A DNA stretch of 64,000 bases, taken from assembly GCF_004010195.1 (NCBI RefSeq), contig NC_057736.1, forward strand, positions 25,007,685-25,071,684, read 5' to 3'. A program made the translations under genes and the position numbers. Source of the DNA: Chiloscyllium plagiosum. Its lineage: Eukaryota. The notes under the pieces were generated by a model. It made no database searches and was not told the origin of the DNA. It saw only the letters and a program-made list of their open reading frames with translations. How positions within the stretch are numbered: position 1 is the first letter of the stretch; each line of letters opens with the position of its first letter. Below, piece after piece: positions 12,733 to 26,221 of the stretch.

Positions 12733-13019
12733 AACAAAAACTTCCAGCTCGGCGAACAGAACCACAGTGACAGGTGATCTTTTGCTCCAAATTCTGTGTC
12801 TTATGGTCCCGCCCACTAGTGACCTGATGAAGGAACAGCGCTCTGAAAGGCAGTACTTCCAAATAAACCTGTTGGACCATAACCTGGTGTTGTGTGACTT
12901 TTCAAACTTTGTCCACCCCAGTCCAACACCGGCACCTCCACATCATGGATAAATTCCAATGAGCAGAGTCTCAATCGGATTCCTCTGTACAGGTGATCAG
13001 CCTTGCAAACATTCTTTAA

Positions 13020-13945
13020 ATAGCCTCCAATAAAATATTATTTTTTCTTAAATAAGGGGACCAAAACTATACACAGTATTCTGGCTGCAGTCTCACCAGC
13101 ACTTTGAACATTTGCACTACAACTTCCCTACTCTTATATTCCAACCACCTTGAACTAAAGGCCAACATTCCATTTCTCTTGCCAATTACCTGCTGCACCT
13201 ATGTGCAAGCTTTCTGTTTTATGCATATGTATCCCAAAGTTCCTCTATGTGGCAGTTTTCTACAGTTTTTCATTTAAATAATCGTGTTATGGAGTCATAG
13301 AGATGTACAGCATGGAAACAGATCTTTGGTCCAACTCATCCATGCCGACCAGATATCTCAACCCAATCTAGTCCCACCTGCCAGCACCCAGCCCATATCC
13401 CTCCAAACCCTTCCTATTCATACACCCATCCAAATGCCTTTTAAATGTTGCACTTGTACTAGCCTCCACTACTTCCTCTGGCAACTCATTCTGCCACGCA
13501 CCACCCTCTGCGTGAAAAAGTTGCCCCTTAGGTTAAAAATGCCACTCCCCCTCCTCTCTTGCCTCCCTTTCTGTCCTTCCTGTAGCATTTGTATTCTGGA
13601 AAATTACACTGCCAGTCCTGTCCATCCCGGAGCCATGTTTCTGTAATTTCTATGATATCCCAGTCCCATGTTCCTAACCATGTCCTGAGCTCATTGGCCT
13701 TCCCTGTTAGACCCCTTGCCATGAAATAAATTAAAGCGCATTTACCAGTCCTACCTTGTTCTCTGCTTTACCCCTGACTGTTTGATTTGCTTCTTTTCTC
13801 AACTGTACCAGTCTCAAATTGACCTCTTTCCTCACTATCTCCCTGGATCCCACCCTCCCCACATTACAGGCACCAGGGCGGCAACACACCATTCTGATAT
13901 TTTGCTGCTGGCCGCAGAAACATCTGTCTGTGCCTCTGACTAGAT
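13020..13945 (-). mobile_element. Cluster of CR1-like LINE fragments (RT C-terminus, 3' tail, EN N-terminus)
   Basis: ORF 13528-13722 (ARGLTGKANEL...DIIEITETWL...YKCYRKDR..RGGGVA) is the APE endonuclease N-terminus. 13290-13530 is the recurrent CR1 3' tail. Confidence 0.8.
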
Positions 13946-14389
13946 TCTTTTGTTTTTCCTTTCAAAATGAACTGCAGATTTTTGACATTACACTCCATAT
14001 GCCAACTTCCTGCCCACTTACTTCACCTATCAAATGTCTCTCTGAAAACTGCATGCATCTCTTAAAACTTGCCTTTCCAACACTTTGTGTATTGTCTGCA
14101 GATTTAGTTATATTGACTTTGCTCCTTTGAATAATGATTATATATTTTAAATAGTTGTGGTCCCACATGACTCATGTTGAACTCTACTGGTTACAGGTTG
14201 CTAATCTGAAAAAGAACCTTTTATCCCCAAACTCTGTCTCCTGCCCATTAGCCAGTCCTCTAACCACCCCAAAATACTGCCTCCAGCACCATCAGTTCTT
14301 ATCTTAGGACAAATAGTTTGCATGGCACCTTGTTTATTGCCTTTTGAAATTCCAAATGCAACACAGTTCCCCACTCATACTTTTTCAGT

Positions 14390-14605
14390 TATTTTAAGGG
14401 TTGATCAGTCATGTGTCTACAATTCCATGCCTGCCTGCCAGAGTTGTAGACTTGCCAACTTTAAGGGCATTTAAATGGTCATTGGATAAATATATACAGC
14501 ATCATGGAATAGTGTAGGTTAGATGGGCTTCAGATTGGTTTCACAGTTCGGCACAACATCGAGTGCCGAAGGGCCTGTACTGCGCTGTAATGTTCTATGT
14601 TCTAA
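14390..14605 (+). mobile_element. CR1-like LINE 3' tail
   Basis: Ends GAAGGGCCTGTACTGCGCTGTAATGTTCTATGTTCTA, a typical CR1 3' terminus with short tandem repeat. Confidence 0.65.
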
Positions 14606-17600
14606 TACATTAACATTTCTGCAATGCATTCTTTAAACAACCAATAAATATCAAGCTAGTTACATTCCATCAGTGTAACTTGCCTCCCAGTGCATGCAGT
14701 CAGTTGACTAAATTGCCTCAGGGTACAGGCTGACCTGAATACACTGCACCATCCTACTGCTTTGAATATAAATCAATGTGCAATTGTACTGTGAAATTTT
14801 AAACTTGAAAAACAATGACATTCATTCACAGTAAAAAAATGTTACAAAACAATTGTGAAGGATTAATATTGTTCAGTTGAACTGACTGACTGAGTCTTCA
14901 GCTCAGATACAACACTAAAATTTGTGTTCAGAGACAAGACGCTACAAATCCCAGACAAATGTTACCTTCCAGTTTTTTCATAGTCATGGATTGTGGGTCA
15001 GAAAATATGAAAAATATGTGCACGTGTGATATTTGTTTTACTCCTGAGTAGATAAATATTTTCTCGAAAACACAAATTGATTTTGAGCAAGGCAAATAAA
15101 ATTGGGATACTCAAAACAAAGTGAATAACTTCTCTTTTCATTTCTAACTGTTAATTCCCAAAGAGGAAATTCAGCAAATTATTCAATGGATCATTTCTTA
15201 AAATATATCCATGACTTTTTTTTTTTTTACAGAATTTAAACCACAAAATCAATTTCTCACTAAAGACTGCTGTGCTCGAAACTGACAAGTTACAATTGAC
15301 TTGGACTTAAGCGTACCACTGAAAATAGTATTAGTCATTTAATAGACATTATACCTTGAATGTTCGGGAAAAGACATTTGAACAAACTCCAGTTATATTA
15401 GTTTATTTTTCAATGCATAAATTCCAGAGTTTACCGCTTATACACTTGAAACATGGACTATTCTAAGATTTAGGAGTCAAAGAGTTAATCCAGTATAATT
15501 TTCTGAGCTCTGTGCTCTATGCAGACTACATTCTGACAGCTGGCAACCAGCAAGTGACAGTAAACGTGTCAACACTGATCTTCAAACATTATATACATGA
15601 TTCAGTCAGTTAATTAGATATTGCTAGTGTTGACACTGGAGTTAAAACAAGGCAACAGATACTTACACTAAAATGCTTAGCAACAAATGTCAATGTTCAA
15701 GTCCAAAGTTCCAGGGAGACAGCAGGGGTGGGGGGTTGGGAAGTAACAGTGTGTCTGTACAATCATGCATGCATTTGCATTAAAACAGGACTGTGGGTCA
15801 AGGTAAACTGCCTACAAATATTCATCGTCTCCTTACACACATGAAAAATGGTCACTTGGAAAAGACACTTCAAAACATAAAATCATGAATGCTCCAAAGC
15901 TCCATAAGAGTGTTCCTCTTATTATCTACAAAGTATTCTTAACCATGTGGGCAGGCTGAAATTGGAAGGCAAAAAAGGTCAAGACTAAGCTGAATAGAGC
16001 AAAGACATAAAATTAAAGTGAAATATAGTTCCTCACAAAAAAGGCTAACAGAGTATCACCACCCCCTTTGTTTAAATTAAGTTTATGTTACTACAGCTCA
16101 AATAATATATTTTGCTTTCATGCACACCAGCCAAATGCCTAAAAACATAAATTTAACAAATCTCAATTATAAAATTGAGAAAATGCTGTTTAATTCAACA
16201 ATGGCAATCACAAACGAAAGTAGACCAATTATATACATTTAATGGCTAAGGTTTAATAAAATCATTTAATTTTCATAGTAAGAAAAATTATACAAGTGTT
16301 GAATGAGTTTCTTTACAAGTAATACTTTTAAAGGATTAAAAGTCCTTGCATAAGTGGATGGATAGCTTTGCTTAAAAAATACACACGACACACAAAATAA
16401 ATCAAGTTTTTAAACAATTGATTATGGAAATCAAAACGACAAATATCAACAACTTAAAAAACATAAACTACCACTCAAATGATTTCTTTTTTCACTTGCC
16501 CTAAGTTAATGCTGAGCCAAAAGATTACTGACAACATATTCAAAACTCAGAACAAAATGTATTATGAACACGACATACTCAATTTGCTAAGACCTGAAAC
16601 TTGATCTTTGGTTAGTGTCATGTTTATAGTTTTGAACTGAATTATCAGGAACGGGGAAGTTTAATAACTAGCACACTTCCCAATCAGCAAATGTGGTATT
16701 TAGAACAGAACCCAATGTCATCATCTTAGTTGAACTGCATGAACAGGATGCACCCAGCTGTCTTCCCCTCTGGAAATAGATGAGCTTTTGAATAATTTCA
16801 GGTAGGAGAAACACTGACAAATAATGATATTGAAATGACACAAGCCAATAATAAAAGAATACTTGTACATACCATATGTAAATCCCAGAGCATATATCAG
16901 GCCCTCAACATTACTAAAACTGAGACTCAAAAGTCGACAGAAGTTGGTTTTTCTAAAGCCATTCCAATATCTTCAAATCAATTTCCATATCAGTATAAAT
17001 AAAATAAAAAGTGGTTTGATTTCTAAGGTTCCGGATTTCAAATTTCACTTCTTCAGGCTTATGCAATGAATTACACAGCTTCCAATGTAACACAGTTAAA
17101 GAACTCCAGGATCCAACTGCACATTATACAAATGCAGCTTTATCATTCATTTTATGCAGAAGTGTCCACTTGTTACTTAAATATCATTTTAGACACTACA
17201 CATATGCCATATTGACCAAGTCTCTTAATGGGTTCACACAGCTATCGAACAATATAACAGCAACGGCAGAATGCTGGAAGCAGTTCAACTATACACTGGC
17301 TCAATTCAACTAAGAAATGCTAAGACACAAGAGGAATAAATGCAAATATTTGAACAATAAAAACTGGGGGATATGAACATATGCAAGAGACTAGCATATG
17401 CACTAATCATAAAGACCAGTATGCGTTACTGCCATTTATTTTCCATAGCCTTTCCTTAAAAGAGCAAAAGCATTTTTTTCTTCAAATATCCTGCAGCTGG
17501 CTGTATAAACAATTCCAAAATTATTATTAAGTAGGAATCACAGGTTGAAAAATGTAAGTACCACCAAGAAATTACTGAATACTACAAAGTCTAATAGGTC

Positions 17601-19127
17601 ATACAATGTAAACTGGGTTGAATTAAGATTCTGGCAGAAAAGTGCTTGCTTTGCAATTAAAGCTGACAATTTGATTGAATGATATAACTTACTAGTAAAT
17701 GAATTCAATGTGGTCAGACAAAAGCAGCCATACAACAGGAACTTAAGATTCGAAACACATGTCCAACGAAGTAAAATTCCAATTTTTACAGAAGAGGTCA
17801 CAGGGACAAGGAAACTTTCCAACCTCCTATCCATGGCAACAATATTATTGAAGACAACTGCCTGTAGAAAAAAAACAAGTCAAATTTCAATGTAGCAATA
17901 GTCTGGTACTTGCTATGTTTGTCACATCCTCAAAATATAGTATTTAATTTTGTAACAGTAATCACATTAAGTATGACTGATTGTAGTTCCTCATCAATTG
18001 TACACAAGATAAAATAATTCCCATAATGAGAAAGATTGCACAAATATTAAACAAGAACATTTCGCTCAGTGGTACAGTAGGATTATAAAGCCACCATAGA
18101 ATGTTGGAAATAAGTAAATCATTTATGTTACAACTACATCTGAAGAAAAACATCAGTTGGATCTTCAGAAGTTGTGTTTATAGCTGTACCCAAAGGATCA
18201 TTGAAACACTGAAGGAAAATCATATTTTTCTGTTGGATAACCTAAAGGAAAACTACTAACCACCAAGAAATGCAAGATTATGTGAGATTCTTTTGCACTT
18301 ATTTCCTTGTATAAATTCAATGTATAATTCACATCAGAACAAATCAACTCAAGCAGTGTGGATAAACCAATCAAGAGTTTCTTGAAAACTGCTTCAAAAC
18401 AGAACACTGCTAATTCCCATTTATCATAGCTTTATTTATAAGTGGAAAACATACAGAAACAGCTCACCAACTGTCCGATCCAGCCACCAGCTTGCACAGC
18501 CTAATCACCAGATGCCAACAAATATCATGAAATATTTTTTGAATTTCTAATGTTTAAAACAATTGGGAAAAATGCATAGTTAAATGCATGAATCATTTGA
18601 GTTGTCTTTTTTGTCTTGTAGCTTTATTTGAAGACCTCAGCTTCTCCCAAAGGTTTTGCCTATGGGTATAACAATGATATTTGTTGGAATGATGTTGTCG
18701 GCTGAATTTTATTGTTCATGATTGTGCACACAGTGTATCTGAATTTTGTAAGGCGCATCAATACCAAGTAGCTTTAAAAAGGAAGATGTTTTTTCTTCCC
18801 TTCTGCTTTTAGCAGTTAAATGTTGGAAGGGAAGGCCACTGTCAAAAAGTTTTACTAAGGTAGTGCTCATGGCATTTAATTATTTTCCCCTGCATCCAAA
18901 ACAAAAACATCTCAGTGAATTCCACTCTTCTGCACCTTCCTTAAAGCCTGCAAATTCTCTCCCTTTCGCTGGGACGTTTGAAACAGCCATGACCAAATTC
19001 CCAGGCAAAAGAATTCCATACTTAAACCAAAACTTTATGAACATTTTCATTAATTATTCTGACATCACCTTAAAGTGATGCCCTCCAGTTCTCGAGCTTC
19101 TGCAATGGGAACAGACTCTTCTCATCT

Positions 19128-19218
19128 TCCTGAAGAAGGGCTTATGCCCGAAACGTCGATTCTCCTGTTCCCTGGATGCTGCCTGACCTGCTGCGCTTTT
19201 CTAGCAACACATTTTCAG
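19128..19218 (+). mobile_element. Short Penelope-type element (family 1) with intact hammerhead core
   Basis: 12-bp TSD CTCTTCTCATCT (19116-19127 / 19219-19230). CTGAAGA-A-GGGC-TTAT-GCCC-GAAACGTC starts at 19130. Confidence 0.8.
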
Positions 19219-19539
19219 CTCTTCTCATCTATGATTAGGCTTCTCATAATTTTATCCAAAGTTATGAACTTTCTGATCAATCTTCGCTTTTTGAAAGAAA
19301 ATGTAGCCGATTACCATGAACATACAGATTAGGAGAGGTGAACCTGCAACTCAGCCTTTCAAGTCTGCTCTGCAATTCAATAAGATTATGTTGGTCTAAT
19401 TATACGACATTACTAACTAATCTCAATAACCTTTCACTCCATATCATGGATTTATCTCCCTCTGTCTTAAAAAGGTACCAGGACCTCTTCCATCGGCTTT
19501 TGAGAAAGAGTTCCATGGCGATTTTGACATGAATAGAGG

Positions 19540-20130
19540 AGTTCTGCTTCCTAACTTTGCAGGTGACACCAAAATCAATGATGTCGTGAAGGTTATCTCA
19601 GAGTATAACAGGACCTTGATCAGATGGACAAATGAGCCAAGGGGTAGCAGATGGAGGTTAATTTGGATGAATGCATTTTGGCAAGGCAAACCAGGGCAGG
19701 ACTTATACTGTAAATGGCAGGGCCCTAGGGAGTCCTGCCAAACAAAAGACCTCGGAGTGCAGGAGTCGCAGGTAAACAGGGAGGTGAAGAAAGCATTTGG
19801 CATACTTGCCTTCAGTGGTCAGTATACTGAGTATACGAATTGGGATGCCATGTTGTAAGTGTACAGGACATTGGTGAGACCCAATTAGGATTAGAGGAAA
19901 ACATTTGCACCCAGAGGATGGTTGCAATGTGGAATACACTGCATGGGAGGGTAGTTGAGTCACAAAACAACAGGCTTTAAAAATGTACGTGGGTGAGCAC
20001 TTAAAATTTCATAACATTGAAGACTATGGGTCAAATCTGGAAAGTGGAAATAGTGAAGACAGGTAATTTTTTTTAAAATCAGTGCAGCCTTAATAGGCTG
20101 AAGGGCCTCTTTGAAACTGTGTAACTATGA
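19540..20130 (+). mobile_element. Decayed CR1-like LINE 3' portion
   Basis: ORF 19529-19858 contains FAGDTK (RT FADDTK-like) and KDLGVQ. Confidence 0.65.
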
Positions 20131-23049
20131 CAGTATATTTCATATGCACAGGCTCTGCAACGTCTGACAATTGGCAAAACTTAGCTCATTTGCACAAGTG
20201 ATTTCCAAGTTAAAATTGGCTCTGATCATAAAGAATCTTAACATATTTACAATGTCAATAAGGTTAAATTTCAATAGACTGGCAATTGGAAACCTTGCTT
20301 CTATGAGTAAAACATTTTACAACTTGTAGCATTGTAATCTTGACTGAGGGAGAAACAACTTAATTTAAAAATATGTTTGTCTAATGTCAGTACTAGGAAT
20401 TGGAGTACTAACTGGTACATCAGCAATCACACCAGTCTTGCATTACACTGGATTCGATAAACAAACAAGGAAACAATGGGATACTACATAGTGTAATCCA
20501 TGAAAGGTCATAAAAAGCCTATTCAACAACAGAGCACTCCTTTCTCTTCAGATCACAAATAAGTCTGTCATATTGCATTTGTTACACTGAAATTTTTGAA
20601 AAATCTCCATTGTGTGGAATGGCAAAAAACACCAAATTTACAAAACATGGGCTATGTCACCAAAATAAATTGGTTGGACTGAATAACCTTGAAATTACAT
20701 TCAGATCACTAAGACTGGTTGCACATGGACAACCACACATGCATTGTGGTGGCCAACAAGGCACCAACTACAGAACTTTACTTCTGAAACTCCATCTGCC
20801 CTCTCAGACAGGCAAAGATTTCAATCAAGGAGAGGGATTTTTCCCAGTTCAAAATGACACTGATTCTTCAACCAATACTACAAGTAAAAACTTAATTCAA
20901 AAGGTTTATCTGTGTGCCATTTTTGAACTTTGCTCTACTCAACTTGGGTGTTGTGCTTCCTACAATTTTGCCACAACTCCAAGCATATCACTGACTATAA
21001 AGCACTTTGGGCATCCCAAAATTGAGAAGGCACTGTCTCAATCTTACTTTTTATTTTTCCAAACAAATCCTTCAAAAAGAAGTGACACAATTGCACTGGA
21101 TGAGTAAAACTGATAGTAAATAATTAAAAACTTCTAATCCATATTTTAAAAAATTCCTTCATTGATGTTGCAAAATTTTCACCAAGGTATTGAAAGTTCT
21201 TTTTAAGAAACATTTTTATATTTTCAAAGAAATTTCTGTAAATTCAGTGAAACAACACTTTTTCACTTTTTAATGGAATAAAAGTCAATCACTCTCCAGC
21301 TCTACTGGCTATTCAATTACTTTGGGATAATCGTATGGCTGCATTATCCCTAACTGTCTCCACAATCAGAAGTCCACTAATTAAAATGACATTTCTAACT
21401 TTCCACTAGTTAGAATCATTCCCATACCTATTGTTGGGTAAGAAACATTGAAGTTTCTTTCCTGGGGTTCAGTTTGATAATGTTGGAAAATAACCAAGAT
21501 GCAGCATCATCAGCAGTAACCAGACCCATTGCACAAACCTAGACTACACAATTTCAATTCAATTGACTGAAATACAGCTGCAGGCAAAAAAGTCTTTTGT
21601 TTAAATTCTGCATCCTTGGTTTAAAATATTAGAAATTTCAATTACTGAATAACAAAAATCAATGTACAAGATTTTCAGAAATAAAGTAGTTGCATTCAGC
21701 AGAAGATTATTCTATTCATTATAAAGTAGCTGTTGCATCTTGTAGATGTAGTGGGAGTCATGATACCTTGAACACTAAAAAAAGACACCCAACTTGAAAG
21801 CCTCGCAGTTAATGTAAACATATATTATGCACTTGCATCAGTTGTGGCTTAATCATGTCATCAAGGCTGAGGGAGGAGTGCTGCACTTGTGAAGATGCCA
21901 TCTTTTAGGCAAAATGTTAAACCAAGAATCCATTTATCCTATAAACTGAATGTTGAAAAAAATCTCTCTTAAGTATCCAAAATATTCAGGCTATTTTGGA
22001 ATCATTCACATTAAAACAAGTTATGCAGTTATCATATTGCTGGTTGGGGGAGCTTACTATGTGCAAATTGGCTGCAAATTTTATACATTACAATGGTAAT
22101 TGCACTTTAATAGAATTTGCCAAATGGCAAAGCTCTCTGGGAAATCCTGTTGTCCTGAAAAAGGTGCAAATCTTTCCTTTTTTTCCTTCTATTCATATAA
22201 TAGCTACTAGCGGTTCAAATTCAGTTTATTACCTTACATGTATTAACTCCAAGATGCCTTCAATCTCGAAACAGAGCCCAAAACAATATTATTCAAACCA
22301 TGAAATGAAATTCATGGGTTGACCTTATTCATCTTTCTGGTAAATGTATTTTGCCTGCAGCTCAGATCAGCATGGAGAGCAATGCGTGACCAGAGCCGTC
22401 AACTGGGATTACAAAATTAGTACTGAAGTTCCGCTCTGTCTTATTTTACTACAGGTAACAGTGCTTCTGCATACTCCAAGCATCCTCTGTCTTCAATGAT
22501 ATAATCTCAGCATTATTCGTTAACTAATTAACAAATGACAATGTGAACCAATGATAAAGTCATTCATCTAATAATGCTGAAGTTTTTTTTAATTAAGTAT
22601 TGAAAATTTTGATATCTTTATAAAGGTCAAATGATGCAAGTTTAACCTTACAGGTCTGACTCACAAGCTTTGTGCTTCGAAGATGAATTACATAAACCAC
22701 AGGACAATACATTCACTCCCAACAATTCTAAATGCACCATTTATGTTTCTATCTTGTGATACTAATTGAACCACCTATTGTTTTGGAATTACCCTTATGG
22801 AAATTGGATACTGGAATTGAAAAACAGAAAAACTTATAAAATACATGGCAAGTAATTAACATTTAACTGTACTCAAATTTGGTTCATTATTTCAAAAGAT
22901 GTTTATTGAATCCATTATGTGGGCTCATTTCTTCTCCTTCCTTCTAAACAAGAGATTCCCAGTTCCTATCTTAAACATGTTGTTCTCCATTTAATCTTAA
23001 ATTTTGTTGGAACTCGTTACTAGAAGTTGACATGTAATGTACATGACAG

Positions 23050-23290
23050 ATAGGGGAGATGATTGACTTCCGGTATTATCACTGGACTATTAACGCAGAA
23101 ACCCTGGCTGTGTTCTGGGAACCTGAGTTCGAATCCCATCATAGCAGATGATAAAATTTGAATTAATTTCAGTTTTGTTTTAAAATTGAAGAATATAATG
23201 ACTCTCAAATGCCCTCTGGGTAATTAGGGGTAGGCAATAAATGGCGGCTTAGCCAGCGACACCTTCATCTTACGAATGAATAATTTTAAA
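23050..23290 (+). mobile_element. tRNA-derived SINE (SacSINE1/Deu-SINE-like)
   Basis: Box B GAGTTCGAATCCC, and a tail GGCAATAAATG...GCCAGCGAC...GAATGAATAA shared with 33980-34040, 27700 and 57030. Confidence 0.55.
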
Positions 23291-25758
23291 AAATGCCTTT
23301 TATTTCCCTGACAAAGTAGCAGTTCAGTGGAAGCATCAGACATTCATTTGGCACACCTCACTAAGAACTTGACAGGCTGAAATACATTATACTTTTGTAG
23401 GGATTAAGCATTAATGGGTTTTTCAATCTAAGTATTGCACCTTTGGGTGTATTACAGCTTTAAAACACAGAAATCTTATAATCCTCACAATAATTCACAT
23501 GCAAATGCCACTAAAGTACTGTACCAAATCCTCATTAAATCGGACTACTTAAGACCAACTAAACCAAGTTAGACTTCAGCCATTTTTACACTTATACTGA
23601 AATGTTGTTGGAAAGAACTGAAACTTAGCCCATTAGCAAATCAGAAAAAGCCTAGGGCTGCAGATGATCAATAATACATTTTAAGTTTCAAACTTTAATA
23701 CCCCGATTTATTCATGTTTTTTTCACGTGGATGATATGCAAACCTACAGTAGCAATGAACATAAAAAGGAAATCAAGTATAATGCAAAAGGATCAGTTTC
23801 AATCTCTACAATTTAAAGATGAAAACATTTTAATAATGCAGTAACCTGCACTTACATCATTAAGGAATGAACTTCCAAATGATGTTTACATGGAATGAGA
23901 GGTGAATAGAAAAATAAGTGCTAAGTACTTCTATGAACAAATCAGCACTCAAGTTAAATATATTTCTAATATTTAAAACTTGCCAAGCAAAGACATTGTA
24001 CCTACAATTATTGAATAAACATAACTACTCAAGACTTTATGATCATGATTGCACCTTATCATTGATCACTACCTATGTTACTGGTTTGCTTCACAAAAAG
24101 CCAATGAAGCATAATAATATGAATAATTTTAAATGGTTTGTATTATCTACTTTGAGACACTATAGAATACTGTGCAGTCAAAACAATTTTAGTTAACTAT
24201 TTCACAAAGTGCTATTTGCTTTCCATCTGTAATCATTTGCAGAACTAGCTGAAGGAATTGATATTCAATAAACTTCAAGTTGATAGCTCATTTTATGTTG
24301 ATTGATTGGTTAAACATGAGAGCTCATACAAGATGTACATCAAAAACTGTAACTTTACATTTTTCACCCATCCATCAAAACTATAGACAAACTAAGATCA
24401 CCTCAGCTTTTTACAAATCAATCTTAGCCATCAACTGTTAGAAAATAATTTGACATACTTTTATACAATAACTACAATATAATCGGATTTAATTTAAAAA
24501 CGTATGTTATCATGCACATATTACTGAAACCTTTAAGAAATCAATTCATTCCTTTGTGTCACCTTGCCTCAGTCAGTCGATGAAACTGCAAATTTATATC
24601 CCACTCCAGGACATCAGTAATTCATTCATCCTGATCTTCTAAGAGAGTGGAAAGAGTATTACTTTGTCATAATCGCCATCTATTTTTTACAAAAGATGCG
24701 TCTGTTTAACATCCAGCACCACGAGAACTACTTTCAGATTGGGTAGGCCAACATTTCCGATGATAAATATCAGTGGGATTCATGTAGAAACGAAACGCAT
24801 GGTCAAAAGATGAACACCAGGTGACATTGCAAGTAGTTTATAAAAGGTAGTCATCATCCCAGCAATTGTGTATACCCTATAATACCTAGCAGACCCAAAA
24901 GTGCCTAACGTTTCTCAACTGTTTAAGACTTTAAATTACAACAGTCTGAATCTAGTCACCACACAAACAAACCAGGTAAATGATCTGGAGACTCTCTAAC
25001 TGCAAATCTTATTCGGTCGCTATCAATTTCCAGTTGGAATCGGAGGAAAACTCAAATTTACCATATGTCCAATTCCAAATGATGGAGGCGAGTTCAGAAA
25101 CGCGACACGAAAGTGTGAGACCTTCAACCTGGTGCTGCTGATGTGTATGTAAAGCACATCTGGATAATGACTTTAAAACAAATAAAACGCATCGGTATGA
25201 CGGGGCACCTGCTGTTCGGGCTCCACAAACGCCTTTTCAGTTTCAGCTTTGCCGGAACGATATCCATCCCTGTCATGCCGGCACATTTATGCGGTTTACT
25301 ACCTGGGAAGTGGTCCGAGCTCGGATCCCGACCCTGCGCTCACAGTTCAGGGTCCCTTGAACACTTCTATCCCCTGTCTTTTCTCTCACTATATTCCCGT
25401 CAGGATCTTCCTCACCTCTCAAGGTCTCCTTCCTCTGACCCTCCACCGGGTCTACCTACCCTCTCCCTCCAACCCCATTGCCACCAATCTTTCCCCTGGC
25501 TGATCTCTCCCTCCCTCTCCCACCGGGGCTCGCTCTTTCCGTCACCCTCCACCGGTCCCACAACAGCTTTCCCCGGATTCCCGGTGAGTGTCTCCTACAC
25601 TCGAGCTTCTCAAACATACCTTTCGTCACTTCCGATGATCGACTCTCCCCATCACAATTTTTAATCAGTAAATCCTTTCCGCCCATCAAAGGCCGACATT
25701 AGCAATCCCGCAGTTAGCGGCCAGCTCGGAAAACACTTGCAGACGTGGGATCACTCAC

Positions 25759-26040
25759 AGAAGCGCCGTGAGGGGACGAGATGCGTCTGCACATAAACAG
25801 GTGGTGTCCGGGGAAAGCCGTCCCACGGAAACAAAAACCGAGTACTCTGGTTCCGAACCAAGACGGTATCAGGAATTATGACAGTGGACACAAAACGAAC
25901 CATTTAGCTAAGAGTTTGCATCGCCAGGAGTGAAGAGACAATATTTCAGTTGCAGACGCCGTGAATAGTCAGGATCGCCAGCGCCGCAGTCGGTTCGAGC
26001 AGGAAACTCCGGTGGCAATGTCAGGCCGGAGAGGGAAACC
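25759..26040 (-). other. Candidate first exon of a divergent gene (KIAA0319L expected by synteny, not verified)
   Basis: Donor TCT|GTGAGT at 25759/25758 on the minus strand within the CpG island. An ATG at 25903 opens a 145-nt frame to the donor. 5' end approximate. Confidence 0.4.
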
Positions 26041-26169
26041 CACGTGACTCTCCCGGGAACGGAGGCGGGGACTCGCTCCTGATTGGTCCTCCGACAGTTG
26101 CTTGGGGGATGCGTTGTGTTTCTATTGGTCCGGAATGCGGCATGCGCGCACGGGGCGGGGCGAGGGGCG

Positions 26170-26221
26170 GGTTGAGAGGTCATTGTAGCCCGGCTGTTGT
26201 TTGACAGAAGGAGTGTCGCAG
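26170..26221 (+). other. NCDN: NCDN non-coding exon 1 (5' UTR)
   Basis: Strong donor CAG|GTGAGT at 26221/26222, downstream of the promoter motifs. TSS approximate. Confidence 0.65.

Larger units (their letters stand above)
11629..12769. mobile_element. Penelope-like retroelement: GIY-YIG endonuclease C-terminus plus pseudo-LTRs in inverted arrangement
   Basis: 12320-12712 encodes IPCKVCTKHYIGQTGR...IHEH...REFLEAWH...INKH (CxxC-YIG-R-H-E-N GIY-YIG motifs). 11629-11965 is an inverted copy of the same 3' region. 10-bp TSD ACAGGTGATC (11619-11628 / 12770-12779). Confidence 0.9.
11240..12950 (+). mobile_element. Penelope-type repeat (family 2), split by a nested Penelope insertion; degenerate hammerhead core at 12824-12850
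   Basis: The two halves (to 11628 and from 12780) join into a sequence homologous to the reverse complement of 28985-29260. Contains CTGATGAAGGAACAGCGCTCTGAAA. Confidence 0.7.

Noticed and set aside
21428-21538. Minus-strand AG...GT segment encoding MGLVTADDAASWLFS..., faintly like KIAA0319L PASWILS
   Set aside because: The frame ends in TAG exactly at the donor, the other frames also stop, and the similarity is too short.
25143-25702. 173-aa and other ORFs beside the CpG island
   Set aside because: Pro/Ser-rich read-throughs of C-rich sequence with no splice or homology support.
25880-25960. Minus-strand peptide ILSLHSWRCKLLAKW resembling human KIAA0319L ILSGYYWQTSAKW
   Set aside because: Bounded by stops on both sides with no ATG in frame; probably chance.
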